DNA of 64,000 nucleotides from the human T2T-CHM13v2.0 reference genome, Homo sapiens: NCBI GenBank assembly GCA_009914755.4, contig CP086569.2, positions 62,208,001 to 62,272,000 of the forward strand, read 5' to 3'. Shown piece by piece: positions 50,273 to 64,000 of this stretch (position 1 is its first letter; each line of letters starts with the position of its first letter). The notes under the pieces were generated by a model. It saw only the letters and a program-made list of their open reading frames with translations, ran no database searches and was not told where the DNA came from. The position numbers and the translations under genes were made by a program.

Positions 50273-52647
50273 TGATATGGTTCAGCCATGTCCCCACCCA
50301 AATCTCACCTTGAATTATAATAATCCCCACATGTCAAAGGCAGGGCCAGGTGGAAATAATTGAATCATGGGGAAGTTTCCTCTATACTGTCCTTGTGGTA
50401 GTGAATAAGTCTCACAAGATCTGATGCTTTTATAAATGGGAATTCCCCTGCACAAGCTATCTTGCCTGCCGCCATGTAAGATGTGACTTTGCTCTTCATT
50501 CACCTTCTGCCATGATTGTGAGGCCTCCCTAGCCATGTAGAATTGTGAGTAAATTAAACCTATTTCCTTTATAAATTACCTAGTCTCAGGTATGTCTTTA
50601 TTAGCATGAGAATAGACTGATACAGTAAATTGGTACTGGTAGAGTGGAATGCAGCTGTAAAGATACATGAAAACGTGAAAGTGACTTTGGAACCAGGTGA
50701 CAGGCAGAGATTGGAACAGTTTGGAAGGCTCAGAATAAGGTAGAAAAATGTGGGCAAGTTTATAACTTCCTAGAGACTGGGAGGGCTCAGAAGAAGGCAG
50801 AAAGATGTAGGAAAGTTTGCAACTTCCTAGAGACTTGTTGAATGGCTCTGACCAAAATGCTGATAGTGATATGGACAATAAAGCCCAGGCTGAGGTGGTC
50901 TCAGATGGAGACGAGGAACTCATTGGGAACTGGAGCAAAGGTGATTCTTGCTATGTTTTAGCAAAGAGCTTGGCGGCACTTTGTCCCTGCCCTAGAGATC
51001 TGTGGAACTTTCAACCTGAATGAGATGATTTAGGGTATCTGGTGGAAGAAATTTCTAAGCAGCAAAGCATTCAAGAGGTGACTTGGGTGCTGTTAAAAGC
51101 ATTCAGTTTTATGCATTCACAAAGATACGGTTTGGAATAGGAACATAGGTTTAAAGGGGAAGCAGAGCATAAAAGTTTGGAAAATTTGCAGCTAGAAGAT
51201 CCGATAGAAAAGAAAAACACATTTTCTGAGGAGAAATTCAAGCCAGCTGCAGAAATTTGCATACATAACAAGGAGCCAAATGTTAATCACCAACACAGTG
51301 GGGAAAATGTCTCCAGGGCATATCGGAGGTCTTCACAGCAGTCCCTCCCATCACAGGCCTGGAGACCTAGGAGAAAAAATGATTTAATGGGCAGGGCCCA
51401 GGGCCTTGCTGCTTTGTGCAGTCTCGGGACTTGGTGCCCTGCATCCCAGCCATGGCTAAAAGGGGCCAATGTAGAGCTTAGGCCATTGCTTCAGAGGATG
51501 CAAGCCCCAAGTCTTGGTGGCTTCCATGTGGTGTTGGGCCTGTGGGTGAACAAAAGTCAAGTATAGAGGTTTGGGAACCCCTACCTAGATTTTAGAGGAT
51601 GTATGGAAACATCTGGAAGTCCAAGCAGAAGTCTGCTGGAGGGACAGAGCCCTCATAGAGAACCTCTGTTAGGGCAGTGTGGGAGGGAAATGTAGGGGTG
51701 GAGCCCCCAACACAGAGTTTCCACTGGGGCACTGCCTAGTAGAACTGTGAGAAGAGGGCCACCATCCTCCAGACCCCAGAATGGTAGATTCACCGACAGC
51801 TTGCACCAGGTGCCTGGAAAAGCTGCAGACACTCAATGCGAGTCCATGAAAGCAGCTGGGAGGGAGGCTGTACCCTGCAAAGCCACAGGGGCAGAACTGC
51901 CCAAGGCTGTGGGAGCCCATCTCTTGCATCAGCATGACCTGGATGTGAGACATGGAGTCAAGAGTGATCATTTCAGGGCTCTGAGATTTGACTTCCCCAT
52001 TGGATTTTGGACTTGCATGGGGCCTGTAGCCCCTTCGTTCTGGCCAATTTCTCCCATTTGGAATGGGTATTTACACAATGCCCATACCTCCATTATATCC
52101 AGGATGTAACTAACTTGCTTTTGATTTTATAGGCTCATAGGTGGAAGGGACTTGACTTGTCTCAAATGAGACTTTGGACTGTGGACTTTTGAGTTGATGC
52201 TGAAATGAGTTAAGACTTTGAGGGCTGTTGGGAAAGCATGATTGGTTTCGAATTGTGAAGATATGAGGTTTTGGAGGGACCAGGAGTGGAATGATATGGT
52301 TTGGCTGTGTCCCCACCCAAATCTCACCTTGATTTGTAATAACCCCCATGTGTCAAGGGTGGGGCCAGGTGGAGATAATTGAATCATGGGTGCAGTTTCC
52401 CCAATACTGTTCTCATGATAGTGAATAAGTCTCAGGAGATCTGATGGTTTTATAATTGGGAGTTCCCTTGCACAAGCTCTCTTGCCTGCTACTATGTAAG
52501 ATGTGACTTTGCTCCTCATTCACCTTCCACCATGATTGTGAGGCCTCCCCAGCCATGTGGGACTATGAGTCAATTAAACCTCTTTCATTTATAAATTACC
52601 CAGTCTTAGGTATGTCTTTATCAGCAGCATGAGAACAGACTAATACA
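50273..52647 (+). mobile_element. complete MaLR element (MST-like): 5' LTR 50273-50624, non-coding internal region, 3' LTR 52283-52647, TSD ATGGC
   Basis: The LTRs start TGATATGGTT(C/T)(A/G)GC…GTCCCCACCCAAATCTCACCTTGA… and end …ttagcatgagaatagactgataca and …tcagcagcatgagaacagactaataca. The flanks read gaatttATGGC|…|ATGGCtaagtgcc. The internal sequence has MST/THE1-int character (…ggaactggagcaaaggtgattcttgctatgttttagcaaagag…). Confidence 0.85.
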
Positions 52648-52870
52648 ATGGCTAAGTGCCCAAAAGCAATTGCAACAAAAACAAAAAATTGAAAAATGGG
52701 ACCTAATTAATAAACAGATTCTGCACAGCAAAAGAAATCATCAACAGAGTAAACAGACAATCTACAGAATGGGAGACAATATTCACAGACTATATATCCA
52801 AAAAAGGTCTAATATCCAGAATATACAAGGAATTGAAACAAATCAACAAGCAAAAAACAATCCCATTTTT

Positions 52871-54060
52871 TTAAATGAGCATTTCTCTAATAATCAGTGA
52901 TATTGAGCTTTTCTCATATATTTGTTGGCTGCATGAATGTCTTCTTTTGGAACGTGTCTGTTCATGTCCTTTGCCCACTTTTTCATGGGGTTGTTTGTTT
53001 TTCTTGTAAATTTGTTTAAGTGCCTTGTAGACTCTAGATATTAGACCTTTGTCAGATAACTGGATTGCAAAAATTTTCTCCCATTCTGTAGGTTTTCTGT
53101 TCACTTTGATTATAGTTTCTTCTGCTGTGCAAATGCTCTTCAGTTTAATTAGATCTCATTTGTCAGTTTTTGCTTTTGCTGCAATTGCTTTTGGTGGTTT
53201 CATCATGAAATCTTTGCTCGTGCCTATGTCCTGAGTGGTACTGCCTAGATTTTCTTCTAGGGTTTTTACAGTTTGAGGCTTTACACTTAAGTCTTTAATC
53301 CATCTTGAGTTAATTTTTGTATAAGGTGTAATCAAAATCACAATGAGATACCATATCACACCAATCAGAATGGCAATTATTAAAAAGTCAAGAAACAACA
53401 GATGCTGGCAAGGTTGTGAAGGAAAAGGAACAGTTTTACACTGTTGGCGGGAATGTAAATTAGTTCAACCATTGTGGAAGATAACGTAGTGATTCCTCAA
53501 AGAGATAAAGACAGAAACACCATTTGACCCAGCAATCCCATTACTGAGTATATACCCAAAGGAATATAAATCATTCCATTATAAAGATAACTGTATGCGT
53601 ATGTTGATTGAAGCGCTATTCACAATAGCAAAGATATGGAGTCAACCTAAATGCCTATCAATGATAGACTGGATAAAGAAAATGTGGTACATATATACCA
53701 TGGAATACTATGCAGCCATAAAAAGTAAAAAAGAGCATGTCCTTTGCAGGGACATGGATGGACTGGAAGCCATTATCCTCAGCAAACTAATGCAGGAACA
53801 GAAAACAAAATACCAGAAGTTCTTGTTTATAAGTGTGAGCTAAATGGTGAGAACACATGGACACATAAAGGGGAACAACACACATTGGGGCCTTTTGGAG
53901 GGTGGAGGGTTGGAGTGCATCAGGAAGAATAGCTAATGGATGCTGGGCTTAATACCTAGGTGATGGGTTGATTTGTGCAGCAAACCACCATGGCACACAT
54001 TTACCTATGTAACAAACCTGCACATCCTGCACATGTACCCTGGAACTTAAAATAAAAGTT
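52871..54060. mobile_element. L1 insertion with a 5' inversion, the twin-priming signature. An antisense ORF2 segment at 52871-53335 is followed by the sense ORF2 end and 3' UTR at 53336-54060
   Basis: The minus-strand ORFs 53156-53398 and 52871-53104 encode …[30 protein letters not shown]…[11 protein letters not shown] and …[75 protein letters not shown]. The plus strand from 53336 continues [50 protein letters not shown]…, which is the next ORF2 segment, and runs on to a typical L1 3' end. Confidence 0.75.
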
Positions 54061-54472
54061 GATGGAAAAAATGGGCAAAGGACATGAACAGACAATTCTC
54101 AAAAGAACACATACATACAGCCAATAAGCATAGGGAAAAAGCTCAATATCACTGATTATTAGAGAAATGCAAAGCAAAACCACAACAATATAGCATCTCA
54201 CACAAGTCAGAATGACTATTAGAAAAAGTTGAAAAGCAACAGATGCTAGTGAGGCTGCAGAGAAAAGGGAACACTAATATACTGTTGGTGGAAATGAAAA
54301 TTAATTCAGCCACTGTAGAGAGCAGTTTGGAGATTTCTCAAAGAACTAAGAATTAAACTATCATTTGACCCAGCAATCCCGATACTGGGTGTATATCCAA
54401 AGGGAAATAAATCATTCTACCAAAAAGACACATGCACCCATATGTTCATTGCAGTACTATATTCAAAATTGC

Positions 54473-54768
54473 AGGCTGAGCACTATGGATCACGCCTGTA
54501 ATCCCAGCACTTTGGGAGGCCAAGGCGGGCGGATTGCCTGAGGTCAGGAGTTTGAGACAAGCCTGGCCAACGTGGCGAAATCTCATCTCTACTAAAAATA
54601 CAAAAATTAGCCGGAGATGGTGGTGGACACCTGTAATTCCAGCTACTGGGGAGACTGAGGCAGGAGAATCACTTGAACTGAGGAGGTGGATGTTGTAGTG
54701 AGCCAAGATCATGCCACTGCACTCCAGCCTGGGCAACAGAGCGAGACTCCGTCTCAAAAAAAAAAAAA
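54473..54768 (+). mobile_element. Alu (S-type) nested in the old L1
   Basis: ggctgagcactatggatcacgcctgtaatcccagcactttgggaggccaaggcgggcggattgcctgaggtcaggagtttgagac…gactccgtctcaaaaaaaaaaaaaa. Confidence 0.9.
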
Positions 54769-55148
54769 ATAGAAAAGACATGGAATCACCTATGTGCCCA
54801 TAAATGGTATATTTGATAAAGAAAATGTGGTACAAATACACCATGGAATACTATGCAGCCATAAAAAGAATGAAATCATGTCCTTTGCAGCAACATGGAT
54901 GGAACTGGATGCCATAATCCCAAGAGAATTAACACAGGAACAGAAAACCAAATACCACATGTTCTCGCAAGTAAGAGCTAAAGATTGAGCACACATAGAT
55001 ATAAAAATGGGAACAATAGACCCTGTGGACTACTAGAGGTGGGAGGGGGTGAGGGAGAGTGGATTGAAAAACTTCCTAATGGGCACTAGACTCACTATAA
55101 TATACCCATGTAACAAACCTGCACATGTACCCTCTATATCTAAAATAA

Positions 55149-55461
<313 letters not shown>

Positions 55462-55523
55462 CAAAAGTTGAAATTTTTTTAATGAGACAGAGATATTGGA
55501 TCCTGAAAAGAAAAGAAATCAAG

Positions 55524-58149
<2,626 letters not shown>

Positions 58150-58507
58150 TAGTACTCTATACTTTTCTTTCCTAATACTTATCACAGTTTAGAACTATAT
58201 TTATTGATTTTATTTATATTCTGTTTCCCCCACTAGACTTGTCCACTAAATGTAAACTATGTCTGTTTGGCTTACTATCCTATTTCCAGAACCTGGCACA
58301 TAGTAGGCACTCAATAAATTTGTGTTGAATGACTACACGACACCATAATCCTTGCGATCACCCAATCTAGAAACTTGGGAGTTATCCTCCCTCATTTGCC
58401 ATGTTGTGACTCCACAATGAGTCATCAATTCTTATAGATTTTACTTCCTCAACAACTCATATCTATCACCAGTGCTCATATCATTTCTTAAAGCATGTAA
58501 TAGTTCC

Positions 58508-58620
58508 CTTTTTTTTTTTTAGATGAAGTCTCACTCTGTCACCCAGGCGGGAGTGCAGTGGCATAACCTTGGCTCACTGCAACATCTGCCTCCTAGGTTC
58601 AAGTGATTCTCCTGCCTCAA
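58508..58620 (-). mobile_element. Alu right-arm fragment, antisense
   Basis: tttttttttttagatgaagtctcactctgtcacccaggcgggagtgcagtggcataaccttggctcactgcaacatctgcctcctaggttcaagtgattctcctgcctca. Confidence 0.8.
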
Positions 58621-58803
58621 AAGCCTATTTTCGTCATATAAAGTTCCTAAACAGGGACATTCTCAGTTGCCTCTGTTATCATGGTAGTTTTGTTCACCAT
58701 GTATTTTGAGATGGGTTTTTTGAGCTCTCATTACCTTTATAGTTTATAACATAGTTGCCTACTGAAGTGTATTTATTTTGTAATAAAGGCTACCATTACC
58801 AAA

Positions 58804-60954
58804 TGATAGGTTTGGCTCTGTCCCCACCCAAATCTCATCTTGAATTTCCATGTGTTGTCGGAGGGACCCAGTGGGAGATCACTGAATCATGGGGGCAAGT
58901 CTTTCTCAGGCTCTTCTCATGATAGTGAATAAGTCTCACAAGATCTGATGGTTTTAAAAAGGGGAGTTCCCCTGCACAAGCTCTCTTCTCTTGTCTGCCA
59001 CCATGTGAGATGTACCTTTCACCTTCCACCATGATTGTGAGGCCTCCTCAGCCATGTGGAACTGTAAGTCCAATAAAACTCTTTCTTTTGTAAATTGCAC
59101 AATCTTGGGTATGCCTTTATCAGCAGCATGAAAACGGACTAATACAGTAAATTGGTACCAGTAGAGTGCAGTGCTGCTGAAAAGATACCCGAAAATGTGG
59201 AAATGACTTTGGAACTTGATAACAGGCAGAGGTTGGAACAGTTTGGAGGGCTCAGAAGGAGACAGGAAAATGTGGGAAAGTTTGGAACTTCCTAGAGACT
59301 TGTTGAATGGCTTTGACAAAAATGCTGATAGTGATATGGACAATGAAATCCAGGCTGAGGTGATCTCAGATGGAGATGAGGAACTTGTTGGGAACTGGAG
59401 TGAGGGTTACTCTTGCTATGTTTTAGCAAAGATACTGGCAGCATTTTGCTCCTGCCCTAGAGATTTGTGGAACTTTGAACTTGAGAGAGATGATTTAGGG
59501 TATCTGGTAGAAGAAATTTCTAAGCAGCAAAGCATTCAAGAGATGACTTGGGTGTTGTTAAAGGCATTCAGTTTTAAAAGGGAAACAGAGCATAAAAGTT
59601 TGGAAAATTTGCAGCCTGACAGTGCAATAGAAAAGAAAATCCCATTTTTTAAGGAGAAATTCAAGCTGGCTGCAGAAATTTGCATAAGTAACAAGGAGCT
59701 GAATATTAATCACCAAGACAATGGGGAAAATATCTCCAGGGCATGTCAGAGACCTTTGTGGCAGCCCCTCCCATCACAGGCCCAGAGGTTTGGGAGGATA
59801 AAATTGTTTTGTGGGCTGGGCCCAGTGTCCCTCTGCTGTGTGCAGTCTAGGGGCTTAGCGCACTGCATCCCAGCCACTTCAGCTGTAACTAGAGAACCTC
59901 AGCCTAGATTTCAGAAGATGTATGGAAAAGGCTGGATGTCCAGGCAGAAGCTTGCTGCAGGGGTGGGCCCTCATGAAGAACCTCTGCTAGGGCAGTGCAG
60001 AAGGGAAATGTGGGGTCAGAGCCCCCACACAGAGTCCCTACTAGGGCAGTGCCTAGTGGAGCTGTGAGAAGAGGGCCACTGTCCTCCAGATCTCAGAATG
60101 GTAGATCCATTGACAGCTTGCACCGTGCACCTGGAAAAGCCACAGACACTCAATGCCAGCCTGGGAAAGCAACCAGAAGGGAGGCTATACCCTGCAAAGC
60201 CACAGGGGATGAGTTGCCCAAGACCATAGGAAACCACCTCTTGCATCAGCATGACCTGGATGTGAGACACGGAGTCAAAGGAGATCACTTTGGAGCTTTA
60301 AGATTTGACTGCCCCGCTGGATTTCAGACTTGCATGGGGCCTATAGCCCTTTGTTTTGGACAACTTCTCCCATTTGAAATGGCTGTATTTAAACAATGCC
60401 TGTACCCCCATTGTATCTAGGAAGTAACTAACTTGCTTTTGATTTTACAAGCTCATAGGTGGAAGGGACTTACCTTGTCTTGAATGAGATTTTGGACTGC
60501 AGACTTTTGAGTTAATGCTGAAATGAATTAAGACTTTAGGGGACTGTTGGGAAGGCATGATTGGTTTTGAATTGTGAGGACATGAGATTTGGGAGAGGCC
60601 ACGGGTGGAATGACATGGTTTGGCTGTGCCCCAACCCAAATGTCATCTTGAATTTCCATGTGTTGTGAGAGGGACCCAGTGGGAAGTAATTGAATTATGG
60701 GGATGGGTCTTTCCCATGCTGTTCTCATGATAGTGAAGAAGTCTCACAGTATCTGGTGGTTTTATAAAGGGGAGTTCCCCCGCACAAGCTTTGTTCTCTT
60801 GTCTGCTTCCATGTGAGGCGTGCCTTTCACCTTCCACCATGATTGTGAAGCCTCCCAAGCCACGTGGAACTGTAAGTCCAATAAACCTCTTTCTTTCGTA
60901 AATTGCTCAATCTTGGATATGTCCTTATCAGCAGTGTGAAAATGGACTAATACA
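58804..60954 (+). mobile_element. complete MaLR element (THE1-like): 5' LTR 58804-59146, internal region, 3' LTR 60611-60954, TSD CCAAA
   Basis: The LTR starts TGATAGGTTTGGCTCTGTCCCCACCCAAATCTCATCTTGAATTTCCATGTGTTGTCGGAGGGACCCAGTGGGAGATCACTGAATCATGGGGG… and ends …tatcagcagcatgaaaacggactaataca; the other LTR ends …cagcagtgtgaaaatggactaataca. The flanks read attaCCAAA|…|CCAAAtatcta. The internal region holds a 283-codon ORF at 59216-60067 with no recognisable retroviral domains. Confidence 0.85.
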
Positions 60955-61708
60955 CCAAATATCTACCATGTGACAGATAATAACATTATGAGGTAAGTAT
61001 TTATTGTTGTTATCATTATCTGAATTTAAGCGTGGTACTGAAGGCTTGGAGAGGTTAAGTAATACCCCCAAAGCCACACAGCTGTGACAAAGGCAAGATT
61101 CAAACCCTGGTTTATTTGATTAACAGAGTCTCTTCTCTTTTTACCACATCATTATTATCTCCAGTCATTAGAACCTATATTGTCATTGCCCACATGTTAC
61201 TAGCTCTTCATAAGTTTTGAAGTACTCTGATACATTATCTCATTGAATCCTATTACAATGGTCTGGGAATGTGAGGCTTAGAGAGAAGTCCCTTGACCTA
61301 GGTCACAGAGTGAGCTAATGGAATTCAAGGCTTCTGACTCTGTCTGTATCGCTTTCCATTATATCACGCTTTGTTAGTACTCTCAGACAGGAAACTCATT
61401 TCTTTCTCATATTAGCTGTCAGCACAGAATTGAGCGCAAAGTTGCTGCTTAATATGTTTCTTGGTTTTAAAACTTAATTTAAAATAACGCTCAGGATTTT
61501 TACAAGTACAGCTTCCTAACAACTTGAGTGATAATATCTATCCCTTTAGTTTCTCAGAAAATAGAGTTTTCCTAAATTAATGTATTCATACTTGCTTGGT
61601 ATATAACCAACCCTTAATTACTTCTTGCTTTCAAATCTTCAGTAACTTAACACTCTCTACAGTCTTCTAAATAGAATCAAATTATCTTACTTTATGATTT
61701 TGTATTCA

Positions 61709-61986
61709 CAGGGTCTCACTCTGTCACTCAGGCTGGAGTGCAGTGGTGCAATCAGGGCTTACTGCAGCCTCAACCTCCTTAGGATCAGGTGATCCTCCCA
61801 CATCAGCCTCCTGAGTAGCTGGGACTACAGCCACGTGCCACCATAACCAGTTAACTTTTGTATTTTCTGCAGAGACAGAGTCTCACTATGTTGCCCAGCT
61901 GGTCTCAAACTCCTGAGCTCAACAAATCTGCCCGCCTCAGCCTCCCAAAGTGCTAGGATTACAGGTGTGAGCCACCGCACCCAGCC
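61709..61986 (-). mobile_element. old Alu (J-type), antisense
   Basis: cagggtctcactctgtcactcaggctggagtgcagtggtgcaatcagggcttactgcagcctcaacctccttaggatcaggtgatcctcccacatcagcctcctgagtagctgggactacagccacgtgccaccataaccag…gctaggattacaggtgtgagccaccgcacccagcc. Confidence 0.85.
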
Positions 61987-63213
61987 TATGATCTCTTTTT
62001 CTCAGCAACATCCTTTTTTCTTTAATCTAGTCCTCCACTTAAATGCCAGTTCACAGAAACAGCAGAGAACTTTTCTACATACCTAAGAAATATCACCACT
62101 GTCCTCCTTTACAATATTCTTGTGTTCAAATACACAGTGAATTAAAGATGATTCTTAACATCTTAACTACTCACATTTCAGGTGGGAATTTTCTTTTAGT
62201 CTGTTGACACTAACACAAACATCATTGCTGCAGATTAAGCAATACTGTGCATTTTGGGGGGAAGGGTTCAGTCTTGGGTGAAAGGGTATAGTGACAATGA
62301 ATCAGGAGCTTGAAAATGACCCACCCTGCTGCCAGCACTGCTACAGAATCTCTTGGTGGAGAGCCCAGATCCCTTCCAGTAAGCTGCTTAAAGTGTTTGA
62401 TTCCATTTTTTATTTGGTTGCCAATTCATTAAGTGGTTAACCTTGGACTGCATCTATCAAGCATTTAATTAATTAAGGCTAGTTTGAAATACCTTTTGAA
62501 ACGTTACTAATTTCAATACACCATGCTGGCACATTTTTAAGAATCCAGCAATTGCTGAAATACGAAATCATCTTCACTAAGATGCAATAGTTGCCAGAAA
62601 AGCACTAATCAAGAGCTAGTTGTTATGATGAAAGGGTAAAAGCAATACAACATATTTTCTTTCCTCACAGTCTGAAAGAAGGAGAAAGGTGGTGATAATC
62701 ACAGTTTTATGTAAGTTCAGAGCTAGAAAGCCTCCAAGGGACTACATAATCTCTTCTCTTTATTGTAAAATGGGGAAAGTGAAACACAGTACACTAAGTT
62801 AGTAGCAAAGTCAGGATTAGATTCCATGGCTCTAGTATATAACTATCCCCCATTTCCAGAATGACTTTTATTATGGAAAATTATTTTATTTCACTACTCG
62901 CCCATTCTACACTTCTATAGAGAATACTAGGGTGAGTTTGTAATGATGCTAAATAGCATTTGTGCATGTCATTAAAAAATTGCTGACCCACATTGTTGTT
63001 TTATCCTGTATCATGCTGGTGCAGAAACCCAGGGAGTGGTTTCAAAAGTCCAATTCCAAAGCCATTTCTTTCTCCTAAAATGAGAAGTAATCATTTTTCT
63101 CATTGTTTTTACTTATCTACCACAGGTGCATTATTGACATCTGGAATATCAGGCCACAGTGATGCCTGTAGCCATTGAATTACACACAATGGTTTAGGCA
63201 AAAAGCATTTATA

Positions 63214-63437
63214 TTTGTTTTTTTTTTTCTCAGCAAAGTTTTTTTCTTTATTGGTAATTTTTTTTGAGAAACATCTAGATTTTATTTTATTTTATTTTAT
63301 TATTTTCTTTTTTTAATTATACTTTAAGTTCTAGGGTACATGTGCACAACGTGCAGGTTTGTTACATATGTATACATGTGCCATGTTGGTGTGCTGCACC
63401 CATTAACTCGTCATTTAACATTAGGTATATCTCCTAA
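63214..63437 (-). mobile_element. short 5'-truncated L1 (L1PA-like) 3'-end insertion, antisense, with 15-bp TSD AAGCATTTATATTTG
   Basis: …aagcatttatatttg|tttttttttttctcag…ttttattttattttattttattattttctttttttaattatactttaagttctagggtacatgtgcacaacgtgcaggtttgttacatatgtatacatgtgccatgttggtgtgctgcacccattaactcgtcatttaacattaggtatatctcct|aagcatttatatttg. Confidence 0.85.
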
Positions 63438-64000
63438 GCATTTATATTTGGCATTGAACATCAGGACATGAGTTTATGGAAGCACTAAAGCTCATTAATA
63501 TTATGCAAAGCCAAACAGAATGACAGTCTCAATTTTTTGAGTCCACACCAGCTGAATGCATGGCTCTGCATATGGTAATATTAGCAGAAAAATTAAAAAG
63601 GGGGTCAGATGCGAAGTAACCCTGCACTAGGCAACAATAATAAACATATCAGTGGTACTCAAATTGTACTCTGTGTAAAAACCACCTGGGAAAAAAATTG
63701 CTAAAAATAAACTGAATGCAGATAGGGGCAGTAGTGGTTCCTAAATTAAGCTATGTGTGAATATGATTGAATTATAAGATATAATTATCTGAGATCCAGT
63801 ACTGGATATTCTGATTCAGTCACTTTTAGGTGGAGCCTAAGCATTTGAACATTTATAAAACTATACAAATTAATCTGATATGCTGCCAGGTTTGGGAACC
63901 ACTGGAATAAGGGACTCAAAGATGGTTTCATTCATTCCACTTTCTCCCAGCAAAACCATACATAAACCACCTTGAAACAAAGGTATATCTCTATTTTAAA

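Noticed and set aside
59216-60067. 283-aa ORF inside the THE1-like internal region, considered as a possible gene
   Set aside because: MaLR internal regions are non-coding remnants. There are no gag, pol or other motifs and no start context. It is kept as a low-interest finding only.

Overview
The window is primate, almost certainly human, gene-poor genomic DNA, and by eye about three quarters of it is interspersed repeats. It holds roughly 20 Alu copies in both orientations, several with intact target-site duplications (TSDs). There are many L1 fragments, including one full-length but ORF-disrupted L1PA (25746-31936, +). There are two long old L1 composites riddled with nested insertions (about 34690-43380 and 46865-55155), the latter containing a twin-primed inverted L1. 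Two complete MaLR elements (MST-like 50273-52647, THE1-like 58804-60954) each carry 5-bp TSDs, and there are further solo MaLR LTRs. I found no intact host protein-coding gene, tRNA, rRNA, CRISPR array or prokaryotic-type system. Nearly all the short ORFs in the six-frame track are Alu, L1 or MaLR translations. Two retro-derived gene fragments stand out. The first is an AMD1 (S-adenosylmethionine decarboxylase) processed pseudogene on the minus strand, about 45065-46782, with in-frame stops. The second is the most unusual object in the window, a 3.27-kb LTR-bounded provirus-like element on the minus strand, 17505-20770. It has 536- and 584-bp direct LTRs (TG...CA), a tRNA-Lys primer binding site, an HIV-like polypurine tract and a 5-bp TSD AAAAC. 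Its gag-pol region is replaced by a spliced, intronless TRPC6 cDNA fragment covering the transmembrane, pore and TRP-box region, which forms a 304-codon uninterrupted ORF. This is followed by an internally deleted HERV-K-type env remnant. The element looks like a betaretrovirus-like (HERV-K class) vector that transduced a host ion-channel mRNA and integrated as a unit. I have an unverified recollection that a HERV-K14C-family element carrying a TRPC6 fragment has been described; if that is correct this is a copy rather than a new system, but it is still the feature most worth a second look. All coordinates are from reading the sequence by eye and are approximate to within about 10 bp unless a junction is quoted.
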